NCBI RefSeq assembly: GCF_009914755.1
Contig: NC_060938.1
Length of the DNA stretch: 64,000 nucleotides
Reading direction: 5' to 3' (one strand)
Source of the DNA: the human T2T-CHM13v2.0 reference genome, Homo sapiens
Shown here one piece after another: positions 46,430-63,822 of this stretch (positions within the stretch are counted from its first letter, which is position 1; each line of letters begins with the position of its first letter). A program made the position numbers and the translations under genes. The notes beneath the pieces were generated by a model, which was given only the letters and a program-made list of their open reading frames with translations, made no database searches and was not told where the DNA came from.

Positions 46430-47650
46430 TTGTTATTTGAAATATAACTCACATACAGAAGCATATGAAACAAATGTGTAGTGAATAATTATAAAGCAAA
46501 TACCCACATAACCACCATTCAGGCTGGGCACCCTAAAAGCCCCCTGTAAGTCTTTTATAGTTTTAGGGATTCCTGTTTCTTCCTATAAATGAAATTATAC
46601 TGAATAAATCCTCCTTATCTGCCCCTTTGATGCAACAGTATTTTGTAAGGCATATCCATATTGTGTATAGCTGTATTTCATTCATCTCTATCGCTTTGGA
46701 ATGTTACATAGACTGCATTTGCATTTACCTAATCCACCACTGATGGGCATTTGGTTGTTTCTAGTCTGAGCTGTTAGGACGTTGTGCTGTGGACATTCCT
46801 TTACCTCGGTTGTGATGGACGTGTATGTGAGTGTCGTGAGGTGGTATGCCAGGAGTGCTGTCCTGGCTGTCAACCTCGTGTATCCTCAACACCACTGATA
46901 ATGCACTGCCCCGCCCATGGGTGGTGTTCGGGCTCCAGCCACAAAGCAGCTCCTTGAGGCACTATTTGGTGTTGTCCGTAGTGGTTTTAATTTGCATTTC
47001 TCTGGTGGTTATTAATGAGAGTGACGAGCCCTTCATACGTGGTTAGCCATTTGGATCTATTTTGTGAAGAACCTGATTAAGACTTTTTCCTATTCTTCTA
47101 TTTGTACTCTGAAGTTTTCTTACTGAGTTATTGGACATGTTTATATATTCTGGATATGAGTCTATTGGTTATATGTATTCAAATAGTTCTATCCTGTGCC
47201 TTGCCTTTTCATCCTTGTGGATGTCTTGATGAAGGAAAATGTTTAATTTCAGTGTAGATATATGTATATAATTTGATCCAGTTGCTTCCTTTCTTTCTTT
47301 CTTCTTTTCTTTTCTTTCTTTTTTGTCCCTGTGTACCTAGTTGTCCCAACACAACGTGTTGAAAGGCCGACTTTTCCTCACTCCTCTGCAACCCTCTGCT
47401 GTCACAAGTCAGGTGTCGATTTATGCATGAGCCTGTGTGACAGCACAGAGCCTGGCTGTTTTCATTCATGAAGCTTTACAGGAAGTCTTGATTTCTGGAA
47501 CAGCAAGTCCTCCAGCTTGGTTCTTCTCAGGGGTGTCTTGGTTAGTCTTAACCCCTTGCATTTCCACATACATTTTAGAATCCATGTATTCAGTTCCACA
47601 GAAGTGTGTGTTGGAATATGGATTGGGATAGCATTGAATCCGTAGGTCAG
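46430..47650 (-). mobile_element. Degenerate L1M fragments
   Basis: GATGGGCATTTGGTTGTTTCTAG, GTGGTTTTAATTTGCATTTCTCTG, GATTGGGATAGCATTGAATC. Confidence 0.7.
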
Positions 47651-48734
47651 TTTCTTACTCGGGTAACTGTTATCCACAGGCTGCTAGAGCAAGCATCAAA
47701 TCAATGGTTAGCTAGTAAAAGCTCCCCTCTGAGTCGGGGATGGGTGCAAGGGGCCGTTCTCACTGCTCCTCTCAGCGTTGCCCAGAGGTCCTGGTCAGCG
47801 CAGTAGATAAGAAAGAGAAGAACAATGTGGGGACTTGCAGATGAAAGGAAAACCAGAGGGATTTAGCAAGATAGCTACATGTAAAAGTGATACTCAAAAA
47901 CCATTTTTTCTGTATTGCAACAGCAGTTAGAAAATTAAGTGTTTTTAAAGATACCATTGACGATCACATCAAAACATAGCAAATACCTAAGAATAAAATC
48001 TGAAAATTAATGTTTTGCACATTTTGAGAAGAAAATTAGAAGACTTTATTGGGAGACATTTAAAGAGAACTTGAGTAATTGGCGAAACAGTCCATGTTCA
48101 TGAATTGGAAGACTCAATCCTGCCAAATTCTTAAGTTCTCCCCAGATCTGTATGGGAAATATAAAGGGCCATGAGCAGTGAAAACGTGAGGAGGGACCAG
48201 GTGCAGGAATCAACCAGACATTAAGTCTTCTAGGGCTCTAGAAACTCAGACTCCAGGTGGTGCAGGATGAGGCAGTGGCCAAGAAGAGAGAGAGCCCTGC
48301 CTGCACAGACACTGCTCTAGGACACAGGAGACACTAGAAGTCATGGAGAAATGGTCATTTCAAAAAGTGGCATGTGAATATTATCTTTAAAAACAAAATA
48401 GAACTGCTGAGCTTTTGTTTACTTGGTGGGGGAAACTCATCCTCTGCTAAGTTTCCTCATCTGGGACATAGAGGGGAGTGGAATTTAGTACATATTAATG
48501 ATGAATCCCAAATTTGCCCCAAGTTGTTAGTTCAACTTTGTTCCTACTCGTTTTGTACTAAGAATAAATACATTTGAAAGACAAGATGGCACCGTCGCTA
48601 AATGTTGGCTCCTGCCTTTCCGAGAGCTTGAGCGCTTCTTTCTGTTTTGCGTGAGATCTCTTGTCTGTGGGCTCGCGACTTGCATAGACCTCCCCAGGAC
48701 CCTGGGAGCACCTTGCATGGAAGAATACACTTGG

Positions 48735-49032
48735 GGCTGGCATGGTGGCTCACACCCGTCATCCCAACATTTTTGGGAGGCTGAGGCAGGAGGATCACTT
48801 GAGCCCAGGAGTTCAGGACCAGCCTTGGCCAACATAGTGAGATTGTGTCTCTATAAACAATTTAAAAACTAGCTGGGTGTGGGTGCATGCCTGTAGTCCC
48901 AGCTACTCAGAGGGCTGGGGCAGGAGGATGGCTTGAGCCTGGAAGGTCAAGGTTGCAGTGAGCCAGGATTATACCACTGTACTCCAGCCTGGGCAACATA
49001 GTGAGACCCTGTCTCTAGTTAAAAAAAATAAA
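48735..49032 (+). mobile_element. AluJ-like
   Basis: Alu consensus. Confidence 0.9.
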
Positions 49033-49996
49033 AACGTGCATGGAAGCTGAGGGTGCTGCTTGACCTGATGACGCTGTGGTCTCTGTGTTTGAAACTTGGC
49101 TGCTTCAGCTGCTTAGTGAATATTACGTGAGTGACCAGGGAGTACTTCCCACCCTTGTGAGCCTGCACATTCTGGGGTATCTTTTGAGTTGTCACTGTCT
49201 AGGCTGGTAGTTTTTGCAGCTGTGTCTCCTTGCTCCATCGGGGTAATGCTTATTTGGAAGGCCCCAACATCTGTGCAGCAGAAAGTCCTGGTTCTGCTGT
49301 CTTTCTGCAGCTGCCATGCTGAAAGTTGGTCCTTTATGGTGTCTTGGAGCATTTCTTTTGACCACCAAGACTTTTCATGTAAATGTGGGCTTGGCTTCTT
49401 TTTTTCAATCAGTTTCCTATCCACAGTTTACATGATGCCTCTTGGTGCATAGTGACAATTTAGTAATTCAGCCTTACTTCCTCATATTCTATGATTTGGT
49501 GGCTAAGCATGTATGTCACAGCTCTCACTCCCTTCTGTAATTGAGGTACATGTTGCTAGCAACATCGGTGAAGTTGGCTGTGGTATTCGCCGTTTAGGAC
49601 TCATTTACAAAAGCCTTCACTGCCCAGTAGTGGTCTCCAAACTCTTCTGTCCACGCTTGCCTGGCAGCAAAAACAACCTCCAGCACACACCTCCACTGCG
49701 TGTAAATTTGTCTGTTGAATATTAGTATGTTGTAATTTCTTGTTCTTTGTAGAAGAAAGTATAAATAGACACCCTGCTGTTTTCTTCCTACGTTCCAATC
49801 TTGAGTAACCCCCAGGCTCACCCTGCACTCTAGATATCACTGACCAGTGAAACGCATTCAATTTCTGTACCTCCCTGACTGTTGGGACCAGGAGCATGTA
49901 TAAAGCTAGACAGGAATGCTCCCAGCCTACTTTAAAGGAGATCTTTGTTAAACATCTCTATTTATCACTGATTAATAACAGGCTTCCCTTTAGTAA

Positions 49997-50356
<360 letters not shown>

Positions 50357-52269
50357 AGAATAGCACATTCTTATCTCCACCTTCTTTCTGTCATTTTGGA
50401 TGCCCTGGGTCTTTTCTCCTCTTCTCCTACGGGTTTTGCATGAGTATGTCCATGTATATTGCTCCGGGGTATGATTGAGGATTTATCTTGAAATATTTGG
50501 AAATTGTCTCAAATTCACAATAACATATTAATTAAATAATGGGAAAAGCTAAAATGATCTATACAAGTATGAGGCATTTGTAATAACACTTTACTGTTAC
50601 AAATCAGAATACGTAAAGGTATGAAGCATATTCTTCCACCACCTCCACCCATTTTTGTTTCCCCGTGGTACAGTCCTGTCAACGCAGCAGAAAATAAGAT
50701 TTTTAAAATATGTTGATGAAGAAGTTGTTAAATTAACTTGTATTCAAAAAAAAATGGAAATATTTGATAGGGCCCAAGGATGCAGTTTTTTACTTTTTTA
50801 CCCAATTCATTGTTACAGGTTTTTTTTAAAACAGTAAAATTCTTTTAAAAAAAAAATAGTCAAATGAGATTTTTTAAATGAAGAAAAGAAATGAAAAAAA
50901 GAGCTCATGAGATTATAATCACAGGCATATCTGCTTATGGTCTATAAGCAAAAATTCTACAGAAACACCCTGTCTGGAAGCCTAGAAGAATTGAAATTCA
51001 CTTGCCTTTTAGAACAGTTTGGATAGAAATTTTATTAAAAACCGTGTTACTCTGCTCTTCCTTCTTAATTGTAATAAATTTGCTTTTGTGTTTGAATGAC
51101 AACTTAGTCTTTTATTCTGAGTATCAGTTACTGTGCAGTGTTTATAACGCGAATGATGCTTTTAGGGCATTTTGAGGCATGTAAGAGTGATTTAACTCCA
51201 CTCTGAATGATCCCAACATCCTTTTGAGTTTCAGTTCCCTGAAAAGGGTACATTTGGCCCTCGTGTCCGTATCTGCCACTTCATAGCACCGTGGCCTTAG
51301 GCAAGCTGTGTTGGCTCTCGTACCTGTGTCCTCGCCTCTAGATCGGGGTAACGGCACTGGCTTGAACTGCTGTTAGGAGGATTTGGCGAGGACATGTTCT
51401 TAAAGGACTTAACTGGCTACTCCTTAGGAGCCAAGCTGTGCATAGCGTGGCTCTTAGGGAGAACGGTGGACTCTCAGTTCTCTGTAGTGCCAAGAATGTG
51501 AGAATGCCAAACAGCTCCAAATACACAGGCTGCGACAACACACACGAGCTCATTTAAGGTAATCCTGGCAAATTAGGGTACAAACAAAGGTGTAGAATTG
51601 ATGAGAATTGAAGGCAAGCAAAGAGGTAATTCCAAAAATGAACGTTTTTCATTGAAAAAGACTGGATATCTGAATGTGAAGAGTCCTGAACGCTGTAATG
51701 ACAGTTACTCGTTTCAAATAGTTGCACAGCCACTGAGTTCTCAGAGTATTTAGGAATAAAATTTTTGTTCTCATGGTGTTTTAGGATCCTACAGGCAGTA
51801 CACCCCACTCCCATGGCCTTGCGTGTGTGCTTCTGATCTCTGAATGCAGCGTAGGAAACAGGGAAACCGTAGCTTCCTACAGAATGGGTCTGCTCAGACA
51901 GCAGAGTCTGTGTGCTTGTTATTTGCAAGGCTCAATGTTGGGCCTTTGGGCATATAGAGAACTAGAAGACATAGTCACATGGCACCTACCCTCAAAAAGC
52001 ATCTAGTTGGGAGTAAGAGGTACTAAGCAGATAGCTAACTGTTTAAAGCACTAACAAGTGCCAGATGACTTGCTCAGAGTCATACATCTTACCTAGGCAG
52101 TAAGGAAAGGCCTTGTAGAAGAAACCTCAACAGGAAGTTGACAGTAGGGGCAGGGAAGGGCAAGAGGAGTGTGGAAATGCTCGGCACCAGAGGAAGCAGA
52201 GGAGCTGCAGGAAAGCAGCAACACCCCGCCGCCCCCAGGACACTCCCTGGAGCGAGGCTGGCATGGGGC

Positions 52270-53240
<971 letters not shown>

Positions 53241-54242
53241 ACACATTTCAGTATGTATGTCAGTCAGTCCCGTTTATTCGTGTCACCACTGATCTCCTCT
53301 TCAGCCCAGGGAAGATGTCACGCTCACAGTGGCAGACAGAAGTTTTCCAGACTTCCCAGAATACTGGACCGTCATTCAGAGCTTGGTTTGAATTTAGCTT
53401 CATCCACTTGCCAGCACTGAGTGATTTTCTAAACCTCTTTCTTTATGTCTGTTGTGCTGTTATAAAGATTAAATGGCAAGAAAGTGTCAATATGTGTAAA
53501 GTTTTTAGGATGATGTCTGGCCCAGGTAAGCACTCACTAAGTAATAGTTACCGTTATTGCTGTTTCTAAATTGCCATCATCATTAACGTCAGTCGTCATG
53601 TGTGATAAGCCTTGACTGTAGACCAGGATGAGGGAAATGCAGTGTGCTTGGTGGGGCTCTAAGGTGCTAACTCTTTGAATGTTTGGAAGTTAACAGTCAG
53701 TTTGGACTGTTACATCTTTGGACTGATGCCAGTTGCTCTGTCATCTAGCAAGCGTGGACAACCACCTGCCCTTCCCATGTTGTAAGCTGAGGGCCTATAG
53801 GCAGACATAAGGAGGCATCCTTCCCCCTCTGGTCTTTTTTACCCTGCCTGAACCTAAATTCTGCAGATATCACCTGGTGTCAATGTGTCCACGCCCTTTC
53901 CCCAGACATGGACCTTACTGGTTGCCTCTCATTCCACTGCCCGACACGGTGCCTGTGATCATTGCTGCTCAGAGAGTATTTGTTGAATGAACACATGTAG
54001 ATGGAGTTTATTTCTAACAGTGCTCTCAACATGGTTTGAAAGAGTTAAAAAGCATAAAAACTTCCTCATACCAAACATATAATATGACCAGCGACTAGCT
54101 GGGTTTTTTCGTTTTATTTTCTTTAAGGAATAGCCTTTGTTTACCCCACCCATCTCCTTTTTTCTTGAATCTCTATTCAAAATAAAAATAGAAGAAAGCT
54201 TAAATGTGTTTCACAATAACTTTGGGTTAAGCACTTTTGTGA

Positions 54243-54506
<264 letters not shown>

Positions 54507-54925
54507 TGATTTATAAACAGGACAGGCCAAGATCTCTGAGCCTAACACAGTGCTACCCAGGAGAAGAATCCTCCTGTTCCAGAATTTGTAGTTGTGCTTG
54601 AAGAATGAAAATTTTCTTTGTATCCTGGATTGTAATGATAATAATAGGAAGGGAAGTCAGTTGTCTTCTAGGGACCAGTCTAAGTGCTTTGCATTTATTA
54701 ACTCATTTAATCCTCACAACTACCCTATGGAGTAGAAGTGTTAGAATTTGTATTTCTATTTATTATTTTATCTTCTTTAAATTTTTTTAAAACATATTTA
54801 ACATTAATATACTAGTGCCTTTTTATAGTTCAGAAGTAAACATTTTGTCCATCCATGTGCAGGAAAATTCTAATGATGGGATGGAGTTGAAATATTGACA
54901 GAACCAAGCTGGTGTCAGAATAGTT

Positions 54926-55072
54926 CATGCTGATTGGCTGAGAAGGCCTCCACCTGTCAGTGCTGGGATCAGGACAGCCCATGCTGATTGGCTGAGAAGG
55001 CCGCCACCTGTCAGTGCTAGGATCAGGACAGCCCATGCTGATTGGCTGAGAAGGCCTTCCTCTGTCAGTGCT
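54926..55072. repeat. 54-bp minisatellite, ~2.7 copies
   Basis: Units start at 54926, 54980, 55034: CATGCTGATTGGCTGAGAAGGCC.CCACCTGTCAGTGCT.GGATCAGGACAGCC. Confidence 0.93.
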
Positions 55073-55914
55073 TCCTCTGTCATTCCTCTATCAATGACAG
55101 TATGTCCTGACTGGCTGAAATAGTCTTATCATCCTGCAGTTAGTTCACTGTTGGTTTTATTCAGCCCCCAGATCTCAGTCCTCTGAAGTGTCAAACTTTA
55201 CAGCCCATTCCTCAGTCAGTACCACCTGGAAACACTTCATTCAGTGCCATTACCAAAATTCATTGTTTGACGCTGAAATCCAGTTTTCTGTTGATTTTTC
55301 TTGAATTGTTGATATTTTATCTGCCTTTGAAACTAGTACCCCCCACACACACACTTACTGGGGAGTCAGTGTGGCTTAGTGTAAAATGTTAAGTCCAATT
55401 TTCATTGAACTCTTTGTTAAGTTACTGATTTTTTTTTCCAAAGCTATATATTTCAGAATTGACTGGACTTCTTGACCTAAAATACTTTTATTTCCTTCTT
55501 TAGTATGTTTGCTTTGGAAAAAGATGAAAGTAATGTTCTTCGTTGTAGTTCAGTCTACTGTGTCAGAGGTTGAGATCAACTTGATTGTTTTAACTTGTTG
55601 TTTTTAACTCTTAAAGTTCAGAATTCACTGGCATGGCTACCATGTAGTCGGCCTAAGGACTACAAAGGCCATGCGGGTTCCTGTCCCAGACTTGTGCCTG
55701 AAGAAGAGTAATAGGCATAAACTGAGCAGAGAATATATACCCTAAAACCTTACCTGTTCAGACTAATGACACTTGGGGAATAGCTTTTTTCTTTCATTAA
55801 TTTTAACTCTCAATTACTTTGGAGGCCCACTCTAGCCCCAGAATCATAAAAATCTCTAATATTTTCTCCTATTACTTTCATAATTTTGTTTTGCGCATCA
55901 CATTTTATAATCTT

Positions 55915-56075
55915 TTTTCTTTTAGGTATGGATATGTAATAGTTGTACATATTTATGGAGTATATGTGATATTTAGGTAGAAGCATAGAATCCGTAATGA
56001 TCAAATCAGGGTAATTGGGGTTTCCATCACCTCAAGCGTTTATCATTTCTTTGTGTTAGGAGCATTCCAGTTTTT
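55915..56075 (-). mobile_element. L1MA-like 3' end fragment
   Basis: ATAGTTGTACATATTTATGGAGTA...ATGATCAAATCAGGGTAATTGGG...TATCATTTCTTTGTGTTAGGAGCATTCCA. Confidence 0.75.
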
Positions 56076-56761
56076 TTGTTTGTTTGTTTTTTGTTTTTTG
56101 TTTTTTTTTATGATGTGGGTTAGGGATAGAACTTCATTTTCTTTTAAATTTATTTTCTTCTAAAATTATTGAAAAATTATTTCTCCCTACATCATGTATT
56201 GACTATTTCATTTCCCCCTATTGCTTAATGCTTCCTTATTATGTGTTCATTTTATTTTACTGTATGTTAGATTTATAAGTATATAAATTCTATATTAAGT
56301 TTACACGTGTGGAAGATTTTCCTATGTTTAAGAAAGTCTCTGATTCCCACTCTTTAACCTAAGAGGGAAGAATCTACAAAGAATGACAAGACTCCCGCTG
56401 GCCTGGTTCAGGTCAAATGCCCGCCCTTGAACCGAGTGTGCTCCCGACTGCTTGAAACCGCCTCTCGTTTGTATTTCACAGTAGCAGTGTGGGTTACTGG
56501 CACCACTTAGGATACTTAAAAGCCCTTGAGGCTGTTTTTATAGATTAAGTCATCATTGCCTCTCCTCTCCCTGTCATAATTGTTTCCTAACTTGATTCTC
56601 CTCCTGCTGTATTAACTTGTTTCCCACCCAAACCTCGCGCTGGGCTCCAGAGCGTTGCCAGCCCCTGGGCTCCCTAAGCAGTAAGCAGACACTGAGCATC
56701 CATCATGGGCCAGGCACGTTTTGGGGTGAGGAAATAGAATGGCGAACAAGACTTCTGCCCT

Positions 56762-56799
56762 CCTAAAGCTTTCATTTTCACCTAAAGCTTTCATTTTCA
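56762..56799. repeat. 19-bp perfect tandem duplication
   Basis: CCTAAAGCTTTCATTTTCA x2. Confidence 0.9.
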
Positions 56800-57594
56800 C
56801 GTGGGAGACAACCATAAAATAAGCCAACCAATAATTTTCATTTTAGATTACGGTGATGCCGTGAATAAAAGTAATCCAGATGAAATAGATAGGGTTGCAA
56901 GACTGGGAATGTGATTTCTGCCTTATGCCCACGTGGGCGGGAAGAAGGCGCAGAGTGGAAACTGGGTGATGAATTAGACTGTCCTGTGAAGATGGGCACA
57001 CATGAGATGCTGTCTGTGGTCACTGTGAGAGCAGGGGACATTTTCTTTCCTTTCTGCTCTAAGTTCAGAAGGCAACATAGCCTTTCCCTACCCCTTGTTT
57101 GTCTGGATCTGGAGGTAGAATAGGGGATGGGGACAGATTGGATTTTTGGTTTTGTTGTTTTGTTCTGTAGCTAGAGGGCATTGATGAGAAGTATAGTGAA
57201 AGAAGGAAGAACACAGGCGGTGGGGTGGTGCCTGGCCTTGGTTTGTGACCCTCTTGTCAAGAATTTAAGCAACCAGTACAAGGCCTCTGTCCCAAGCAGT
57301 GCCTGGGCCTGGTGTGGCAGGCAGCAAAAGCCTGGGCCTCTTTGTGGTTCACGTCTGATGAGAAGCTCTGCAGCTTAGAGCCCCTGTGTGCCCAACACTT
57401 AAGCAGCCTTTAGCCATGCCTGTTTTTCTCTTTGTTTCTTATTGGGGATGGGGGTGTGTATATTTTGGTCATAACAGTTTTAGAGACATTAATTTCCACT
57501 TTTTTTTTTTTTGAAGAATCCAAAGCTTTATAGTTGTTGTACTCCTGATGCTGCTACTTTTAAGTATCCTGCTTATTAGACTGGACTGCTAGAT

Positions 57595-58375
57595 GGTTTT
57601 TTTTAAACAGATCTACTGAGGTATTATTCACATAGCCTAGAATTCACCCATTTAAAGTGTATGAGTCAGTGATTTTTAATATGAATATAGAATTGTACAG
57701 CCAGTATCACATCTGGTTTTAGAACAGTTTCATCCCCTCAAAAAGAAATCCTGTACTCATTAATAGTCACTGCCATTGTTCCCTCCTCCCTCACCCACCC
57801 CCAGCCCTGAGCAACCACTGATTGACTGTTCATCTCTATGGATTTGCCTGTTGTGGACATTTCATGTAAGTGGAATTACAGAATATGTACCCTTTGGTGT
57901 CCGCCTTCCTTCACTTAGCATAATGTTCTCAAGGTTCATCCACGTGCCAGTACCTCATGCCTTTTTATTGCCCCATAATATTCCATCATACAGATATACT
58001 ACGTTTTATTTATCCACGTATCTGTTGATGGACACTATATTATGTCCATTTGGGGGCTGTTATGAATGACTGTTGTGAACATTGATACGCAAGCTTTTGT
58101 ATGAACGTGTGTTTTCGTATCTCTTGGGCATATACCTAGGAGTAGAGTCGCTGGGTCATATGGTAACTTTAACATTTTGAAGAACTACCAGACCGTTTTC
58201 ACAGTGGCTGCACCATTTTACGTTTGTATCAGCAGTGTACGGGAGTTCCAGTTTCTCCATATCCTCAACACTTGTTATGATCTGTTTTATTACAGCCGTC
58301 CTAGTGGGTGTGAAGTGTACCTCATTGTGGTTTTGATGTGCATTTCTCGACAACCAGTTGTGTTGAGCATCTCCT
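57595..58375 (-). mobile_element. L1MB-like 3' region
   Basis: AATTCACCCATTTAAAGTGT, TCTCTATGGATTTGCCTG, CTTTCACTTAGCATAATGT-like, GGGTCATATGGTAACT. Confidence 0.82.
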
Positions 58376-59474
58376 TGTGTGTTGTGTATTTTTATACATC
58401 ATAGACTTCAGACCTAGAAATTAATGGAAACGTCCTGATCATCTAGCTTGACCCTTTTCTTTTCCAGATAAAAAGGCTTATTGGGTTCAGAGAGATGCGG
58501 GTGGTGAGGAGCAATTCCCAGGGGAGCCAGTTCTTGGCGTGCAGTTTCCCAGGCCTAAGTTATACCAGCTCCATCATTAATTTCAGCCGTATTTAAATAT
58601 AATCAGCCTCCTGTTTTTTCAATTAAATTATCTAGTTAATCTGTTTCTCGGGCACAGACCTTCTTCTGATAGTCACAATACCAGTAGCAAAACTAATTGT
58701 AGCTTTTAAAAAACTCAATGTAGTAAAAGTAAAGCTGCTTTGTTAACAGTAACTAAAGAGTTAAGGTTAGGGGTTGCACCCTTTCAAAATCTGAAACTTT
58801 GACATATCTAGCAGTTTTTACATGGTTTCAGAGGGTTCAAGCCTCTTAGAGCCTACAGTAGACCCCAAATTAGGAAACGTAGAGTCTCTTCTAAATCGGG
58901 ATTCTCATCCAAATCAGGGGATCACAGATACCTGGTCTCCTTGAGAGCCTTTCGGAGGGCCTGTGATGTTAGAACTATTTCCATCATACTGCTAAGACTT
59001 TAATTGACTTTTTCACTGTATTGAAATTTGTACCGATGGTGCAGAAGCAGTAGTGGGTACAACATTGCGCACCTTAGCAAGAAGCACAGTGATGGCACCA
59101 AGCTGACAACCACACACCCCAGTAGAAATAGAAACAGCCAGTTTCACTTAGTGGTCTAAATGAAGCAATAGAATAGATTAATTGTATTATTTCATGACCC
59201 TTGTGCACACATGGTCTTAGGACTCTATGATGAAATGTGAAGGTTTCATAAAGCTCTTCTGCTGCCGGCGCCAGTCAGGAGGGAGAGCGCTTGTGGGATG
59301 GAGCTGCCAGCCAAACATGCCGCTGTTTTCATGGAACACCATTTTTACCTGAAAACTGACAGACAAACCAGTTATTCGGACTTTGAATATTTGGCAGGCA
59401 TCTTCTGAAAAAATAAGCAAAATGAGAAAGTCACTTTAAGGAAAATAACTGACAGAGTTTGTTGTCAGTGATAA

Positions 59475-59800
<326 letters not shown>

Positions 59801-60401
59801 AGAAATTTTCAGTTTTGGAAAATTTGTATGCACCAGGGTGAGCTTCAGCCTCCCAATGCTGCAGACACTCCTGCTGAGCTCAGTGGTGATGGGAATGAGT
59901 GGGATTTTTAATAGATATGATGAAGTGAGTCACCACTTGGAAGAGCCACCTAACTCAATGAACAAGTATTTTCCAAATGACCGGTAAAGGTTACAGAGTC
60001 ATTTGTGGCAAGAGAGCCATTCAGAGTGCGCGATCCAGCACTGGATTTGAATGTGAGAGTATAGACCCCTCACTGATAAGGTTTCAGCACCCATGCAGGA
60101 GCTCACCCCTAATAAACTACTACTGGTTGAGTTTTGATGTAGACAATGACCTAAAAACACTATTAGATAGATACTCCTCCCTTGTCAACTACATTGTCTG
60201 TGTGAGACCAGACTTTCATCCTATATTTCAACCTAAACATTCTGAACACAGAAGCAGATATGATAATCTAGCATTTTTCTATTAAAACAGACATTAAAGA
60301 AATTTACAGAAATGTAAAACAGTGCCACTTTGCTCACTTAATTTGTTCTGGAAAATATAGTTATTCATAAATACATGTCATTTACACTAAGACATGATGG
60401 A

Positions 60402-60985
<584 letters not shown>

Positions 60986-61134
60986 GATTTTTTTTTTAAT
61001 TTCTGTGGTTTAATTTATAATATGGCCAATATCAATAGATATAGTTCTTATAAACAAAAGTTCTTTAGGATTTGCAACCGTTTTGAGGAGTTTAGTAGGG
61101 GCCTAAGACCAAAAAGTTTCAGAGCTACTTTTCT

Positions 61135-61615
<481 letters not shown>

Positions 61616-63495
61616 TTGAATAATCGTCCTGCATTGTCCCATCTTTGGATCGTCAGTTCCCCCAGAGAACAACTTGTTATACTCTTGCATTTCTTCCACT
61701 GAATTCAGCACACTGCCTTTTATAGACTCAATAAATATTCATTCAATATGAGGTTTTCTGCATAGACTTGGGCATTAAGACTCGTCTTAACAGTCACAGA
61801 TGAAAATAACCTGAAGATCAGAAAAGGAATTGCTTGGATTGGTGATTGAATGAGTCGGATGACTCAGAAGTACTTCGCATTAGAGTGGACCTCTCCAGAA
61901 ATATCCAAATCTATTGTGCTGGACCACTGAGAACGCAACCTGGTGTACTCAATCATGCAAGAAATGTGTATTGCAGACACCATGCTACCTCTTGGGGCTA
62001 CCCCAAGAACTAAAATAATATAGTCTCTACCTATATGGCATCCACCCTTACTGGTCTGGGAGACAAGAAGAGGCAGCAGACGTAATGATACGAGGGCCAA
62101 GGACTGCGGTGGCGGTCAGTGTAAGGTCTGGTAAGAGCACAGGCATAGGAGGCCTAACCCCTTGCCTGGGCGCCCCAGAGAAGTGGCCTCTCTACACCAG
62201 CGGCCAGTGCTTCAGGACTAGCTGGCTCAGTGAAAGCAATATAGAGGAGGGAAGGGGAGGGGAGTGTTCCCAGCAGAAGGAACAGCTCCTCTAAAGCCCA
62301 AAGACTAGAGAAAGTAAGACGTGTTTGGGTTTGAGCCAAGCCTGGAGCTCCCGATTGGGTGGGCTAGAGTCTGGATCCTGGGGAGCTTGATGGAACCCGA
62401 GGACCTGAGGTTGGGTGGGAGAGCTGGGACCACCCCGTTTGCTCCGGCTGCAGTGTGAAGAATAGGTGGGAATGGGTGTCAGAATGACGCATGAAGGGAC
62501 CAGCTCAACATCTGCTGCGGCATTTCAGGAGAGAAGTGGTGGAATGAGCCAAGCGGCTTTGATGGCAGAGAGAAATGGGCAAATGCAGAGATGTTAAGAA
62601 GGTAGAAACACGATTCGGGGTGGATTTGTTTGAGATTCCTGGGGAGAGGAACCAACGCGCAGGTTTCTGACTTGAGCAAGTGGAATGCTGGTTCAGGGGA
62701 AAGAGCATGGGCCCTGGTGTAGGAAAGGCCTGAGGTGGGTCTCATCTGCTAACATTATTTAGAGCTCTTTGGGTTAACGGGGGCAGGCACCCAATTCACT
62801 GTTGTTTACACTCACAAGGGAGTTTACCAGGCAGACACTGGGTCTCTCACACTTAGTCCACAGAGTCACAGGGACAGCTTTTCCTTCCGTGTCCCATGTC
62901 CCCGCTCTCTGTATGCAGCCTTCCTTCTTTGGGGCATCCCTCTATGATGACAGAGGAAAGCATGGCCCTTGCTGGCTTGCCAGAAGAGGCCTGATGTCTC
63001 CTGTCTCCTACCTGCCCTTGATCCCGTTGCCGTAACTAGGGAGATGGGGTACTGTGGTTGTGACTCAGACTGGGTCATGTGCCCACCAAACCATGCGATA
63101 GAGTCAAGGAGCAAGAATTCCCCAGAAGGGAGGGAGTCGTGTGCTTCTCTGGGCAGATGAAACGGTCGGATCTGTACCCAACTTTAATCTGCTAACTGTG
63201 CTACTTTGGGTGAACGGCTTGGTTCTGCAAGCTTGGTTCTGTCTGCTGCAGACAAATAGCTGTAATGCTTCTGCCTCACAGAGCAGCTAGGATGAAAGGG
63301 GAACACATGGAAAGCTTGGGCAGCCCCCGTGACAAAGTTGTCAGTGTCCTCGGAAGTGGCCAGAAAGAGACAAGCCTCCAAGATTTCTCAGAATGCTTAC
63401 CAGGGGGACGCCTCAATGCAGCCTTCTTTCTTCATATTCGTACGGGACTTATTTCTAATTCTCGCTCCAGACTCTGATATCTTGAGGTTACTTAA

Positions 63496-63822
<327 letters not shown>

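Noticed and set aside
54830-55036. Repetitive peptide ORF MGCPDPSTDRWRPSQPIS x2, or a CRISPR-like array
   Set aside because: Simply the 54-bp tandem repeat read in frame; no unique spacers and a mammalian context
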